A stretch of DNA of 64,000 nt from Octopus sinensis. Its lineage: Eukaryota. This document shows positions 34,111-49,500 of the stretch, piece by piece. The notes under the pieces were generated by a model that worked only from the letters and a program-made list of their open reading frames with translations, searched no databases and had not been told where the DNA came from. A program made the translations under genes and the position numbers. The stretch spans positions 30,442,001 to 30,506,000 of the forward strand of contig NC_043006.1 of assembly GCF_006345805.1 (NCBI RefSeq), in the 5' to 3' direction. Every line of letters begins with the position of its first letter. Positions within the stretch are counted from its first letter, which is position 1.

Positions 34111-34379
34111 GTCCATCTGCTTTGCTCTCTTTTACAAACCCAGTGAATATATATTTCCTATTTCAAAGAAATTCAAACAATAGATATAAGACCCAAGTTA
34201 AAAAGATTCTCAACAATTCAACTTCTCTGGTTGACATTAAGATGCCCACCCCCAACAAGGGACTTAACTCTCACATTTAGTGCTGCATGACCTTAATTTT
34301 TCAGGAGCAAAATCTTTTTAACAGGTTCAATAAGACTGGAATTTTGGAATATGCGCATAAAAATCAGTGGTATGGGATA

Positions 34380-34551
34380 CATGTGGCACGATTACTATTT
34401 TTCGGGGCTGTGAAAAGAGGGAAATAACCCTCATCTGCAATTTTGATGAAATTCAAAACATAGATATTCCAGTTTATTAAAGAAAATATAACAGAAAAGT
34501 CTAATTCTTCAATTGTATGTAACACGGGCAACGCCGGGTATCTCTGCTCGT
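34380..34551 (+). mobile_element. Helitron-like 3' end
   Basis: CGGGCAACGCCGGG hairpin at 34525-34538 plus CTCGT; homologous to 30138-30307. Confidence 0.55.
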
Positions 34552-34562
34552 ATATATATATA

Positions 34563-34607
<45 letters not shown>

Positions 34608-34634
34608 TATGCATATTCAACACATTTTCTATGT

Positions 34635-35185
34635 TTCATCTCCATCATGTAGCATCCGTTTTCCATGCTGACAATGGTTAGACAGTTTAACTGGGACAGG
34701 TAAGCTGGAGAGCTGTACTAGGATCCAGTCTGATTTGTCTTGATTTCCACAGCTGGATGCCCTTCCTAACATGCCAACCACTTTTACATGTCATCAGCAC
34801 TAGTCATGACTACGATTTCACTTGGCTTGATGTGTGTCTCTCAAGCACAGCAAGTTGCTAAAGGTCACAATCACTTGTTATCACCTTTGTGACACCCTAC
34901 ATCCACAGATCATGCTTCACCATCTTGTTCCATGTCTTCCTGAGTCTACTTCTTCCACAGGTACCCACCACACTTAAAGATCGGCACTTCTTTACATAGT
35001 TGTCCTTGTCCATACACATTACATGATCATACCAGTACAGTCTTCTCGCCTGCACACTGCATCTGATACCTCTTATGCCCAATTTTTATCTCGTGATGCT
35101 TACACTCTGTCATACATACAGAAACAGCTACAGCATGATAGCAATGTCTGTTGCTACAAATATTGTATGCTGTCACACATACAAT
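34635..35185 (-). mobile_element. Decayed RTE LINE 3' fragment
   Basis: ORF 34897-35082 (WYDHV..KKCRSL..GRSRLRKTW) plus a 3'UTR tail. Confidence 0.8.
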
Positions 35186-35609
35186 CGCGCAGACCATCAC
35201 AATAGTCTGTATGAGTGTGTGTATGTGTGCGTGTGAGTGTGTAGTAGAATGTGGAGGTTTTTTATAGCTCTTCTATCCTAAAATTACTGAGAAATGAAAT
35301 CTAATAGCTTTCCTTGAGATTTTAACATTAACAACATTATTTACTTTACATAGAATTGGAAATGATAAAACTGAAAAAATAACAAGATTACCAATGGCCA
35401 TTTTGTCACAAACGTTTTATTAAACATTTTTATGAACAGTTCTTAAGAAATGTTAAAATGTTTCTGGTTAGGTTTGAAAACAACAATGAAAATAAAAAAA
35501 AAAAAGTCTTCTGTCTTTTTATTAAAAATTATTGTAATTCTTAATAAAGGCACAAGGTTATTTTTGGTAGGGAATAATGGAACTGTTGATTTAATTGAAC
35601 CAAGTATAT

Positions 35610-35815
35610 TATCGGTGCTTCACCAAAAAAAGCACCTGTACTGGTGCCACATAAAAAGCACCCAGTACACTCTGTAAAGTGATTGGCATTATGAAGAGCA
35701 TCCAGCCATAGAAACCATTCAAGTACAGAAGATTGGAACCTGGTGTAGCTCTCCAACTTGCCAGCTTCATGTGAAACTGTCCAACCCATGCCAGCATGGA
35801 AAAGTGGACATCAAA
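35610..35815 (+). mobile_element. RTE 3'-tail copy
   Basis: AAAAAGCACCCAGTACACTCTGTAAAG...CCAACCCATGCCAGCATGGAAA. Confidence 0.75.
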
Positions 35816-37365
35816 TGGGTGAATTCTCAATTAGTAAAGGAAGATTTACCATTGAGGAAAAATCAAAAAGCTTAGGTTGAGTAATATTTGGTGAAATCAA
35901 AGAAGCCATCATGGAACTATCTCTGAAAGATAAAAACTCGATGTACTTTCTTTTGAGTACATATTCCAATGTATTTCCTACTTAAAGCAATCTAAATCTC
36001 TAATGTAAACTGCTGTGGTAGGTTGAAAGTTATCTTAAAGCTCGCCCTCTCTGCTTCTTAGACTTGATGACAAAATATTGAATGTCAAGAACAATAATAT
36101 TCTGAAGAGGTATTGACACTTAAACAACTGCCGGGAGGTCAATGCTAGATTCATTATTGGACGTGTTTCTCAAAAAGAGTGAATTTTAACTTGTTAATGT
36201 TTGTGTGTTAATATTGGCAAAGCTGTTGTTTTGGTGCCACTGACTGGAGTTAATTAGGCAAAAGCAACAAGCTCTAAGGTTGCTGGATCCAATTAAAAAC
36301 TACTGATTTAACACCCCATCATGATGATGATGGTGATGACTATACACTTGAAGGTAAGTGTGTAAAGCCATATTTAGCTAATTATAATATTAGACTCATA
36401 TGGCTTTAAGCCAACAGAAGTAACATTAATCTGAATAGCTCTCTCTCTATTCCTCAGGCTATGCAAAGGGTTTGCACCCACTGAAGTCATTAGATATCTA
36501 TTTAAATAGTAAAAAGAAACTATGGCTTGGATCTAATGACAGATTAAAAAAAAAAAATAATAATAATGTGTAGCACACACACACGTTCTATTCATTCCCT
36601 TTCTGAACAAAGTTATGGGCTATACACTAATACAAAAGGTAGTTGTTATGGTACAAAGATGAAGATCATTGCACTTAAACAAACCCATAATGATTAAAAG
36701 CATGATGAGAGGATAGTTGCCAGAGAAAGAGTGGTTTAAAAGACTATAACCCTTCATCTCTGTCTCCCCTCACCTTCTCTCTTTTCCCTATACACCCACT
36801 CACATCTCCCTCTTTCCCTCCCTGCCTCCTTCCCATAATCCAAACACACACACACACTGTATGAGTTACAACTGACTTGATAAACTGCCAAACCACCAGC
36901 CATAGATGTCAGTAGTTCATATTCTATTACAATTGCTGCTCTGTAGAAATGGTTGTAACAGAGAAATTCTCAACAGCTCAACCTCTATAAATAGGCACCA
37001 CAGGGTAGGTGTATTTCAAAACTTTATGCCAGTTACAGAAATGGAAAATTGAAGAATATTTGGCCAGTGTGCAGTACTCTGTTCAATTCTTCTTGTAAAT
37101 AAAAGTATTTTCCAGATTTACATTTCCTAGACATATTGCTTGAAGAGGATTATAATGGTTATAATGGATTATAAAACAAGTCTTCACTTCCACACTGAAC
37201 ATAGGAAAATATCAAAAGGATACTTTAGGAAATTTTCTCCAAGCAAAAAAAAAAAACTGTCAAAGTTTAGAATTAAGCATTTTATTTTTTCCGGATTGTG
37301 GTTCAAGTCATGGCAGATGAATTTTCTTTATTTAATGAAAGATAACAATTGTAGAATATATAGAT

Positions 37366-37501
37366 CTAATGATTGGTTGAATAACTCTTTTTGATTGAAA
37401 CATGAGGGAATGCCTGGCGCCAAAAGTTCACAGAAGATTCTTTGATATCATCACAGAAGGAAACATCCAAGAAACGTAGTTTGTGGCAGTTCTGTAGGAT
37501 C
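37366..37501 (-). CDS. FBXL4: FBXL4 terminal coding exon (ILQNCHKLRFLDVSFC...IKKSYSTNH*)
   Basis: ATTTAG| acceptor; TAG stop at 37366-37368; AATAAA on the minus strand at 37327-37332 and 37281-37286 as candidate polyA signals. Confidence 0.92.
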
Positions 37502-40500
37502 CTAAATAAAATATAATAATAATAATAATGATGATGATGATGATGATGATAACAATAGTAGTAGTAGTATCATTGACATTGGAAAAAATGTGGCATCTCA
37601 AGTTTGTTACCATACCAGTGATTGTAGGATCACAAGGAATGATCAAAAAAGGAACTGAAGACTATTTGAGAATGATCTGTTTTACCATCCATGCAAGAAG
37701 TGTAAAAAAGTGTTTTAACTGGTACATCACGCACATTGAAAAGGTTATTGTTATATGAGAACAATAACCTTTCATGTAAATAATTTTCTTCCAACATAAC
37801 TTTATTTGATTTTGTAAATGAACAATCTGGTGTGTTTATATTAATGGCTTATCAATCTAGATCATAGCTTCCCAAAGCAGGGTGATATCATCCACTGGTG
37901 GGCGATTTCAACTTATAGGTAGGTGATGGGCACATTACTGGAAAATGGTGGACGATTTGAGATTTTGATGGGCAATATGAACATTTTGTAAGTGACAATG
38001 AATTTTTAGAAATCAAGTCTGCATTTACTGATATCTAGGCATTCCTAGAATAAGGATGCACTTTTATCGATTTGACTACTCACATAAGATGTCACTTTGT
38101 ATTAAAAACGTGAACTTGTTTATCGATCGAATATTTTTGTCGCAGTCATTGAAATGGTTGTCATGCGTGCTAAAAATAGCAGCCAATCAAGCCTAGGCCT
38201 TAAATCACACTCCACTACAAATTTTTTTTTTTTTGCCATAATTGTATGAAGTTCCACGTGTAGAATTCAAATTCGCCAAAATTTCCTGAAACCTCCAAAT
38301 AATAAAAAAAAGTTATGAGGGTTATATGTCATGTGTGATTCTGTGGTTTCATATCAAAACACAAGTGCTATTTTCAGGATGTTGACAAAATGTACCGTCA
38401 CACAAAATGACAGCTTTGAAATTGTATTTCTTGATTGGGTGAAAATGATCATACTTTAAACCTCTATAACTTTTTAAAAACATTTTTCTAGAAAAAGTTG
38501 AATAACTCCATCAATTTAACTTGGAAAGGTACATTAATGTGCCAAATTTTAAAATGTTCGATAAACTTTAATCTTTGAAATGCTGGCAGCCAAATGAACT
38601 AGATCTGTATTTGCTCCAGTAAAGATGTGTCATCTGACTCTGCTCTATTGACTTCTTCTTCTCTTTGAGAATACCATACTGCCTTTCTGACACCGTCTGT
38701 AGAAATTCATTTTCACTTTACTGATGCCTCCAGTCAAGATAATGTGTCGACAGTTCAGTGATTATTTATCGTTTGGGTTGATTCCCTCTCCTCAGAACTG
38801 TTAGTTACCAATTTGCCTTCTTTGCCATCAAACATTGACCAACAAAGCAATAAAACCTTCAAACTTGAAGTATCACTTTGATGCAAAGCATTCTGACAAG
38901 AAGGAGAAGCCGTTATCATACTTTTTGCAACTGGGTTCCTCTTTCAAAATGCAAACACAAACATTCAACACACTACTCCAGGAAACTAGTAAACAGGAGA
39001 ATGACGGGTTGATTGCGTCATACAAACTTGTATTGCTTGTTGCTAAGTCTGGGAAGTTTCACACAATTGGAACCCTAACCCTAACTTTGCTCAGTTATTG
39101 AAGAGGTTTTGTCAACTGTTATGCACAAAAAACGTGATAACATTATGAAGAAGATCCCATTTAGTAATAACATAGTTTGTCAACGCATCGATGAAATGGC
39201 CAACAATGTCAAACATTAGCTCATTAATATTCTCCAGCGTTCTAAATTTTCTATACAAGTGGATGAATCAACTGTTGTGGACAATCAATGTTTGATGATG
39301 GTATATGTTCGGTATTTCAGCGAAGACCTTCAACCTTGTGAGGAAATGCTGTTCAGAGAAATTACCGCTTGGTTCAGGAGGTGCAACTATTTTTCACACT
39401 CTCAAGTCTTTCCTTTTTTGCACTGCTCTCTCACTCAATCATTTCTTTTCATCTCATCAACTGTAGACACCATTATTTAAAGTATGGGACAACACTATAC
39501 ATTATGATATGCAAATGATTTGGGGATTTAATTTTAGAAAGAGCTGAAAGTGTTTATGAGGGTCTTATGGGAGGAGAAGGCAAATATTAGGGCAAGAAAT
39601 AGTTTCTTGATATTTGATTTAAATATTCCAGAATTCACAGAAAGTTTCAGATGTTACTGAAAGCTACTACTTGAAAAATAATTTAAAATTTAAAATTGGA
39701 CGATACCCAAATTATTAAAATAGATATAGAATCTGAATTCCACAAATTGCATGTCATGAATTATGTTGTTATGACACACAAGTTGATTACATTTTGTGAA
39801 AAATTGGAAGGAGAAGGGGGGGGGGTGATGACGATTATTCAAGTTAGCAACATCAACTGAAAAGTTTCTCTCTCTATATTTGCATCATGCAAACTGACAT
39901 CATCACTTGAAAATCTGCAAGCTTAAAACTTCATTTTGGATTCAAAATACTACACTCACTTCTTTATTTATGTGAAAAGAATAAAATCTGCTCCAAAAAA
40001 AAAACAAAAAAAAAACTGACCTATAAACACAGTCTTCAGACACTTCCCAAATACCAAGGATGTCCAACTGTTCCAAATTACATCCATATTCAGCAAAATT
40101 CATCAAATCTTCATTACACACAGTCCTAATAAGAGACAGAAATGATAGGCAAATAAACACATAATAATAACAACAACACAGGCAGACTCATTGAAGAATC
40201 TCTACCCCCTCCTCTTCCTCCTCATCATCATCATCACCACCATCTTCTACATTATTTCAAGTCTGCTTTCCATGTTGGTGTGGGGTGAATGATTCATCAT
40301 GGCCTGAGTTAGTTCTTATTTAGATTTACTATCTTCCCAGACAGGTTAAAGATCATATCTCAACCATATGTTTCATTTAGGGAATGGTTTCTATGACTGC
40401 CTGTGCTAATACCAACTATACAGAATATATAAGGTGCATTTTAATGTGGTACCAGTACTAGAAAAGTTGTCAGATCCTCAATAAGCTTAAAGGGTCCTCT

Positions 40501-43500
40501 TGGGTGTACAATTTCTCCAGTTATTCACCAAATACTTTATGACGGGCATCGGGTGCATTCAATTGTGGCACCAACATTAGTGGTGTTGCCTTGACCTCGG
40601 AAAGACTGAAGAGTCCTCCCTACTCTGTGTTGTGTCTGTTTGTTGAGGGAATATGATTAACTGAGTGAGTAGAAGAGAGGGTGGTTACAGAAGAAGGATA
40701 GGGTGAAAGAAAAGGAGTATGGCAGAGGAAAGAGAGAGATTGGGAGGAATTAGGAGGGAGACAGTAATAGCTGAGGTGATGAGAAGTTAGTAAAGGTAAT
40801 AGTAATAATAGCTAGATGTTTAAGAGAGAGAGAGAGAGGGAGAGAAAATGTGTGTGATGGATAGTTGTGGAAATGGTCAGCAGCAGAGAGTGCAATGGAT
40901 GTCAGTAAGGAGTGAGTTAGAGGCAAAGGAAATGGCAGTTAACAATAAAGAAGAGTCATTTGGTGATGGATGGCAGAGTTGGTGATGGTATCAGTAACAG
41001 AATAACCTGGATGGCAGGAGTAGTGGTAGGCATAAATGGGAGCATAAATTGGACAGGGTGCATCAGCTACCATTAGATTTGATGCCTTCTCTTATATCCC
41101 AGCCCCTATCAATATTTCCATCTATCATTTTAATATACATTTTATCAAGCTCATGTGGTTAGGTCTTTTCTAGTTCCACATATCCTGAATGAACAGACTT
41201 TTGCCATCTTTTTCATAAAATATAACAACTTGAGATCAATCTTTACCCACCTTGTCCTAAGTCTTCCTTGCCTCTCTCTTCTACAGATATCATTCATCTG
41301 GGGTGTTTGGCACATCTTTACACGGCTGTCATTCTCCAGATGCATCCTATTACCAGTGTAGTCTTCTCTCATGCTGACTCTTCTTAGACCTAGTTTTTCT
41401 TTCAGCTCATTTGTATTGCATCATTCATGTATGTTGATATGATACAACCAACAAAATATGCTTGCTTCATTTCTTTCTAATCTTTGCAAGTCTTCTACAT
41501 TCAAGCCTCATGCCTCACTGCTATGCAGCATTGCACTTCATACACAAGCACCGTCCTTTCTTTGCTGCCAGTAGAGGTAACAGTTCCATGATTTTTTCCA
41601 CAACTAGTTCTTACTTTGGCATCTTCATTTTTGGATCACCCCTTCCCCATCTCACAGTTAATTATGTTACCTTGGTAATAAAAGCTATCAAATACTTCAA
41701 GAGAACTGTCTCAGAATTTGAGGAAATAGATTTCTTGAGTGTCCTTGGCATTTAATTACCCAGTGTAATTGGATACAGAGGGCATCTGCCTTCTCTGTCA
41801 GCCTACCCCATGACCTCACTCCATATCTTGCATGTCTAGGGTTTCCACATGTCACAATGTGTGTGTGTGTGTGTATACACACACACATTTATATGTATAT
41901 ATGTATATGTATATATGGTGGTGTTTGATGAAGAGGATCTGGTTGTTTGTTCAACAGTATCTAATCTGAATTAACATATAACTGACTGAGTATTCCACAG
42001 ATATTCTTTTTTTATTTTGTACCTTTAACATAATTTTCAAACAGAACCAGTGAGTTGTCATACACTGAAAAAGCTAGACCTTTTGATTTACAGACTGAAT
42101 CCACTTGATAGGCTTCAGTTTAGTTTCACTCACAAATTACAGTTTGACCCAAAGCTATAGAAAATGACCCTTGCTCAAGATGCCATGAAATGGGATTGAA
42201 TCCAGGACCTTGAGGTTCTGAAGCAAATTTCTCAACCATTTGACCATATTGTGAATTGCTAAATTACAGAATAATTAAGTCAGAATAAACTTAACTCAAC
42301 AATTAATCACTTCATCATTCTTGCTTCCAGAGAGAAAAACTGGAATTTGTAACTAAACACATCAACATGTCTCAAGGTGAAGAATTGGTAACTTTTTGAG
42401 TTGAAAGGTTGTTGGATTCATGTTTTCTTCATTTTGGAATGGGACCAAGATATCAAAACATGGTGATGATAACAGCAGTACCTGTGGAAGCCAATGGATT
42501 TTCAAGTGACGACTTCTCTGTTTCACACTTTTTATCTACTTCCTTTGAAAATCTCTTGCAAGTTGAGCTGTTTCATATATTTAGGGTTTTCTTTAATTAG
42601 CTTAACCTGCAGCATGTAAACATCCACTATTTCTTGTTCACTTATAAAACTGTGTTTCTCTATATCCTTTAGCAATTCACCTGTCAACTGAATTAATCTA
42701 CTAATAGAGATCCTTTCTCTTACATTTTCGGCATGGTTTTCTTCTCTCTTCTCTACTGGTTTGCTGCTGTGGACCTACAACCAACTACACTTTTTCTAAA
42801 TCATTATAATCATGAACAGTAGTTGCATTATCACCATCTACTTTCATCTATTCCTTACCATTATCTTCATGCACCCTTAATGCCAGATCCTTTGCAGAAG
42901 CATTAATTAAATAATGAGCATAAGAAAGCAGATCATGTATATTGTTTTTTTCTTTGAAAGCCCTATATTCCAGAAAGTCATTTCCAATATCTTCCTTAGT
43001 TGCAGACTGAAATATCAATCTTGGCCATGATTTATGCAATCCATTTTCAGTGTGGACATTTCTACAGACTTCCAAACCTTGACAATGCAATAATCCATAC
43101 TTTTACATTAAATTCCTTAAGAAACTCAGGAAATGCTCAGCCAAAGTCAACTCATTCAATTGGCACCTCATATGATGAGTGCAAAGTTTAGACTTAAAAG
43201 AATGTTGTAAGTTAACTGCTCTGTGGCTGGATTAATGATGTTAGGTTAGAGGTACATGCCAAAAACATTGTTTGTTATCTTACCAGTTCTGCTTCAGGGT
43301 GTGCAGAACATTTGTCTAAAATAAGAACTGTCTTACAGTTGTGCTTCAGGTCAACAGACTTACATTCAGTGAGCTCTTGCTTGGGGGACAAAATAATTTT
43401 CAGAGCAATCCAGTGTAATGTCAATTGTTATCCAACCATCTTTCGTTGGCATGATAACTCACAGATAACTGTATCATTCCTTTTAGAAGCCATGGGACAT

Positions 43501-46500
43501 AAACATTTACCAATGACCAGCAATTTGCATTAGAGCAACCTAGCAAAGTGACATGATTTTTTCATGGTTTATAGCCTATTGGTGGTGATTCTGTATCCCT
43601 AGTATATCAATGGTCTTCTTATCATACATTTCCAAAAACAATATTGTCTTATCTCCATTGTAGACCGATTCAGGACATTCATTAGTATCAAATGCTAATT
43701 TGGTGAACTTATCAACAAATTAAGCTGCTATTTCTTTGTTTGCTCAATGTTTTTCATGACACACTGATCCTTGAACACTGCTGTTAGTTCTCACTATAAT
43801 TACACTTTAATTAGGCTTAATTCTTAATGAAATTACTGGATTTGTTTCTTCATTAAATCCCCAGACAACTCAACACCTTTATTTCTACCTTAAACCACTT
43901 CATCAGAATTTTACCAAATTCTCAACTTTTCCATCTCTCATTGGTTTCTTTTTTACACATCTCTTTCTTTGAAATCCTGTCAGCATAAAAACCAAGTAAA
44001 ATTTTTACTGTTTCTTACTGCCATAAACTATGGAAGAATTAATGCTGAGTAACTCAAGACTTTTTATAGAACAAAGTCCGGTCAAAAAGTATTAGGACTG
44101 TTGTTATAGTAACAGCTAAAGTATGCAGAGTAAAGCTGTTTGGCACAGGTTGACCTTGAACTCTGTCCATATCCACACTAAGGTGTAATGTTCTCATTCA
44201 TTTCCTCTGTTCATAGCAATGCTTGGAAGTAAAGTGTGTAGAGTGTGGTTGTCTTCAAAAGGTGATCAGGTTTCAGCTGTGAAGAATCTCCTTGATTATG
44301 TTAAGGAAGACGGAAGCTTTTTGAGAACGGTCATAACAGGTGACAAATCATGGGTGTATAGCTATGATCATGGAACTAAGGCTCTGTGAAAAACTCCAAA
44401 AAAGAGACTTCAAGATGTTGAGGAAATCCAAGAGAATGCAATGAGGTGGCTGTTCACTGTCCCAGAAAAGAAGTTTCAGGAATGCTTTGATCAATGGAAA
44501 TGAGGCTGGATAGAGTGTGTAGCTTCAGAAGGAAACTAATTCAAAGGAGATTAAATGCCAAACGATTGATGTGTGCCAGAGTTTTCTTTTTATAACACTA
44601 ATCTAGATACTTTTTGATCAGACCTCTTATATCAGCCTTATATTTATTTGACAACAAAGGATTGACAATAATAATCACAACATCAATAATAAAAAAGTTT
44701 TTCTCTTGGATAAATAATCATAAATAGTTTTTTGCTTTTATATTTTTTTAGAACAGTATTATTAAATGAAACAATTGATTGTTTATTAAGAAATAGAAAA
44801 TGAATGAACATTTATTATATCTTGTTATACTTGTAAAGTGAAATAGCAAAGTGGGTAGGAAGTTGGATTTGGAACTCCTAAATAAGAATTCATTTTAGCT
44901 GCAAGCATCCCACTGTGCTGTGGTGTGACTTAATTCTGAAGTTGCACAGCAGTAATAAATGTGAGCCGTATAGAGATTGACACACTCTTCAAGGAAATGT
45001 TTATCTTACATTCACCACACACACACAGTTTCATAAACCCTTGAAGTTTGTTACTCACCTGCGAAAATAATAATACTGATACATACCTGTTGGCTGTTAA
45101 AAATAGTTTTTTGAGATTTGGACATTTTCGGACTAATTCTATAAAACAACCAGATTCAGACAGCAAGGAACGACTGAAATAAATACATTATTGGCAATTA
45201 AAGTCCATACATTTACAATAATGATTTCTTTTAATTAATTCCAATCAAAATTGTTATGTGAAGGAAGGGAAGTATTTGGTGATTGGGCCAACTACCCCAA
45301 ATTATTACTGCTACTTATTTTCCAATTCAAGTGAGAGGAAAGACAAATAAAAAACCTTGCATGAAATTTGATCCTTGAACCAACAAACAAGATTTCACAG
45401 TGAGTGTTGTATTGTTCTATCAACTGGACAACAAATTCATTGAATTAGCATGGAAAATGGCAGTGTATCCATAGAGAAGTGTTCCCTAGTCATCATCATC
45501 TTCATTTAACATCTGCTTTCTATGCTGGCATGGGTTAGATGGCTTGACTGGAACTGGTAAGCTGGAGGGCTGCACCAGGTTCCAGTTTGAATTTGGCATG
45601 GTTTCCATGGCTAGATGCCCTTCCTAATGCCAACCACTCCAAGAGAGTAGTGAATGCTTTTTACATGTCACCAGCATGAATGTTATTTACATGAAACCAG
45701 CCACAGCAACAACTACGATTGCACATGTGCCATCTACATGATACTGGCAACAGCCATGACTATGATTCCACTTGGCTTGATGATTCCTCTCAAGCATAGC
45801 AGACCGCAAAAAGTCTTGGTCACTTGTCATCACTTCCATGAGGTTCAACATTTGTGGATCACACTACCGGCAAAATATCTGAAGATTGTGCTTCAGCACC
45901 TCATCCCATGTCTTCTTGGGTCTACCTCTTCCACAGGTTCCCTCCACGGTTAGAGATCAGCACTTCTTTACATAGCTGTCCTCCTCCATGGACCATACCA
46001 GTGTAGTCGTCTCTCTTGCACACCACATCTGATGTCACTTAGGACCAGTTTTTCTCTCAAAACGCTTACACTTTGTTGTTCATGCACACTGACATTAAAT
46101 ATCCAGTGGGGCATACTAGTTTCATTTCTTTCAAGCCTTCACATGTCCTGTGGTCACAGCCCATGTTTCTCTGCTGTGGAGCATGTCTGTTCATTCACAG
46201 GCATCATACAGTCTGCCTTTCATTCTGAATGAGAGGCCCTTTGTTACCAACAGAAGTAAGAGTTCTCTGAACTTTGCCCAGCCTATTCTTTTTCTAGTAG
46301 CTATGCTCTCAGAGCATCCACTGCTACTACTGACTTGGTCACCTAGGTAATGGATGCTATCAACTACTAGTTTTATCCCCTGACATTTGATTGAGTCTAT
46401 TTTCTGTACATTTCTAGTGTTTATTGCACCTGTACATCTGACACACACAAAGAATATTTTTCCCTGTTAACCATCCTCTGATATTGCTGCACCTCCTATG

Positions 46501-49500
46501 TGTCCAAAGCTTACACTGGGTACATCTTAGGGAGTTTCTACCTATGCCTTTTCTACAGATCAAGCAGGGCCATCTACCTGAAGGGATTTGAGATTTGTCT
46601 GCCTTCCTACTTACTAAAACTTTGATTTTTGTTAGGTTACCTTTAAGGCCCTTCAATTCTAGACCTTGCTTCCATACCTGAAATTTCTTCTCTAGTTCTG
46701 GAAGTGATTCAGCTACAAGAACATGGTAATCAGCATAGAGGAGCTCCCAGGGGTAGCCTGTCTTGAATTCGTTTGTTAATGTCTGGAGGACTACGATGAA
46801 CAGGAGGGGGCTGAGGACTGATACTTGGTGAACCCCTACTTCTACCCATAATTCTTGGCTATACTTGTTGTCAACCCTCACCTTACTGACAGCATCCCTG
46901 TCCATGGCTTGTACAGCTCTCACCAGTCACTCCTCTACCTTTAGTTTTTGCATTGACCACCAGATAAGGGATTAGGGGACCTGTCAATGGCTTTCTCCAT
47001 GTCAACAAAAGCCAAGTACAGAGGTTTATCTTTGGCTATGTATTTCTCCTGCAGCTGTCTTACCAGAGATATAGCATCAGTGGTGCTTCTCCCTGGCTCT
47101 CTGTATGTTGCACAAATATACTGCACTGATATGTTGCACTAAGCCCCTTGCCATAAATTACTGCATGTCTTCAGGGAGCTCAAACCGTGTCAATTTGCTC
47201 AACTCAACATTTTAAGGCAGTGCTCCAGTATGACTGCAGGCCAAAGACTGAGACAAGGAAAAGAATTCTCAACTTCCTTGTTTTCGGTGATATGACAATG
47301 AATAAAAGAAATAAATGCGAAACATCATTAACAAAAGAAAGAAAGACAAAAAAAACTTACACCCATCCAAGATCTAATTCCTGAAGAGACATATTGTTGT
47401 TATTAATTATAGTAAAAAGTCCATTACTACTGAGGGAACGTGCTCGCCAAAAGTCTAAACATTCAATGCATCTGGAATAAAGAAATTGAAAGAAAGAAAT
47501 AACAAGAAATGCAATAATCTTAGAGTTAAGTTTGTCATTAATTTGTTATTAACTGAATAATATAGATTTTTTTCTTACTACATAATTATTTCTAGTTAAC
47601 TCTTGAATGTGTCTTACATAAAATATATTAACACTAATCTAAGTATTGTTTACCATGTGGCATTGCAGAATGATTTATTCTCAAATAATAGTATAACCCA
47701 TTTAGTATAGATCTATAGTATACTTAGTATAGCAGACAATATCTAACCATCTGTCACACACCTATGAAGTTACCCACCCTTTCCTGTCCCCACTCATCCA
47801 GTCTTTAATTTCCCTTATACCCACCTTCTGCCTAGACAGTATGCTCTGGCACCCCATCACCACCATCTTTATCTTGCTTCCTTTTATTCTCACCCATTCT
47901 CATATAATGTAAGGAAGCCATGAATCACCTCTACACTAAGTATGATAAAGGGACAGCCATGCATGTCCCTTTATCATGCTTTAAGCCTTCAACTTCTGAC
48001 ATAAAACCATCTCCCCTCTCTCTGATACACCCTCACTAAGTCAGGGAGGTTTTTTCCTTTTTCCTCTTCTTTTCTCATCTTGGAAGTTATCTGACAACCT
48101 GGCATTGTGTAAAAAGCACCCAGTACACTTTGTAAAGTGGTTGGCATTAGGCAGTGCACCCACCCATACAAACCCTGCCACAGCTGACAACGGCACCTGA
48201 TTCAGCTCTGTAGTTTATTGGAGCCTATCAAACTGTCCACTCCATGCCAGTATGGAAAATGGATGTATGATAATGATGACTTAGAAGAGACCTAAATAAT
48301 AATATATAGTATCATTGCTCCTCCGGTACTGTTGAACAAAATTATACTGTCATTAAATGTCAACATTAATTTATGATCTTCCAACTGAAAGCAAACAAAA
48401 GCAACTAAGCTGTATGGTCTCGTTATTATTTAGACATCAACTATTCGAGTTGGAAACATCTACTTTTAAATAGATTTCATTTTTATATCATTTATATCTT
48501 TTTTTTTTTACAACTAAACACCTTTTTTACAACTAACCTCCTTTTTTCAAAACTTTCTACACATTCAGACACATCTGCAATAATTACACAACATCCTAAT
48601 TTATTAATTATGATTTCCACTCAAATCAAAATCAGACCAGCCCCAAACAATATGCTGGGGACGTCTACAAACAGAGATAAACACTGAAGAACACACACAC
48701 ACACACTCTGAATAAACCCAGCACAAACTGTGGTACCTTGAATATTTTGCAATATATTCAGCAACTTTATCATAGTTTTCAACCATGAAACAACTACCCA
48801 AGTTCAGCACTCTCAGCTTCAAACAGCCCCTGAAATTGTAAAGGAGACATTTTGGTACAAGGTCAGCAAGTTACGTTCTGAGTTCAAATTCCGTCGAGGT
48901 CGACTTTGCCTTTCATCCTTTCGGGGTCGATAAATTAAGTACCAGTTACGCACTGGGGTCGATGTAATCGACTTAATACCTTTGTCTGTCCTTGTTTGTC
49001 CCCTTTATGTTTAGCCCCTTGTGGGCAATAAAAAAATAACAAGGTCAGCAAGTTCAGGGAGGTGGGTGGGGGTTTGATATAATCACCACCCCCACCCAGT
49101 GCTCAACTGGTACTTATTTTATTGACCCTGAAAAGATGAAAAGCAAAGTAGATATCAGTGGAATTTGAACTCAAAATGTAATGACGGACAAAATGCTGCT
49201 AAGTGTTTTGCCCAGCATGCTAATAATTTCACCAGCTTGCAGCCTTTTGTAAGTAGAAATAATGACACTAAGAAAAACAGGTTCAAAGAGGTGAGTAGCA
49301 TAGACAAGATTTTCCTGCTTTTTTTTTAAGAGATCAAAAGCTATATATGTATGGAGGAACTGAAGTTGCAATAATAAATTATAGGATAATTAAACACAGA
49401 CTCTACTAGCAAATGTGAGAGGCTTTAAAATATCTGTTTATTTTCCACAGGGATAGATGGCTGATTACACAAGTACTAGAGTAAGCTAGGAAAAAGGAAA

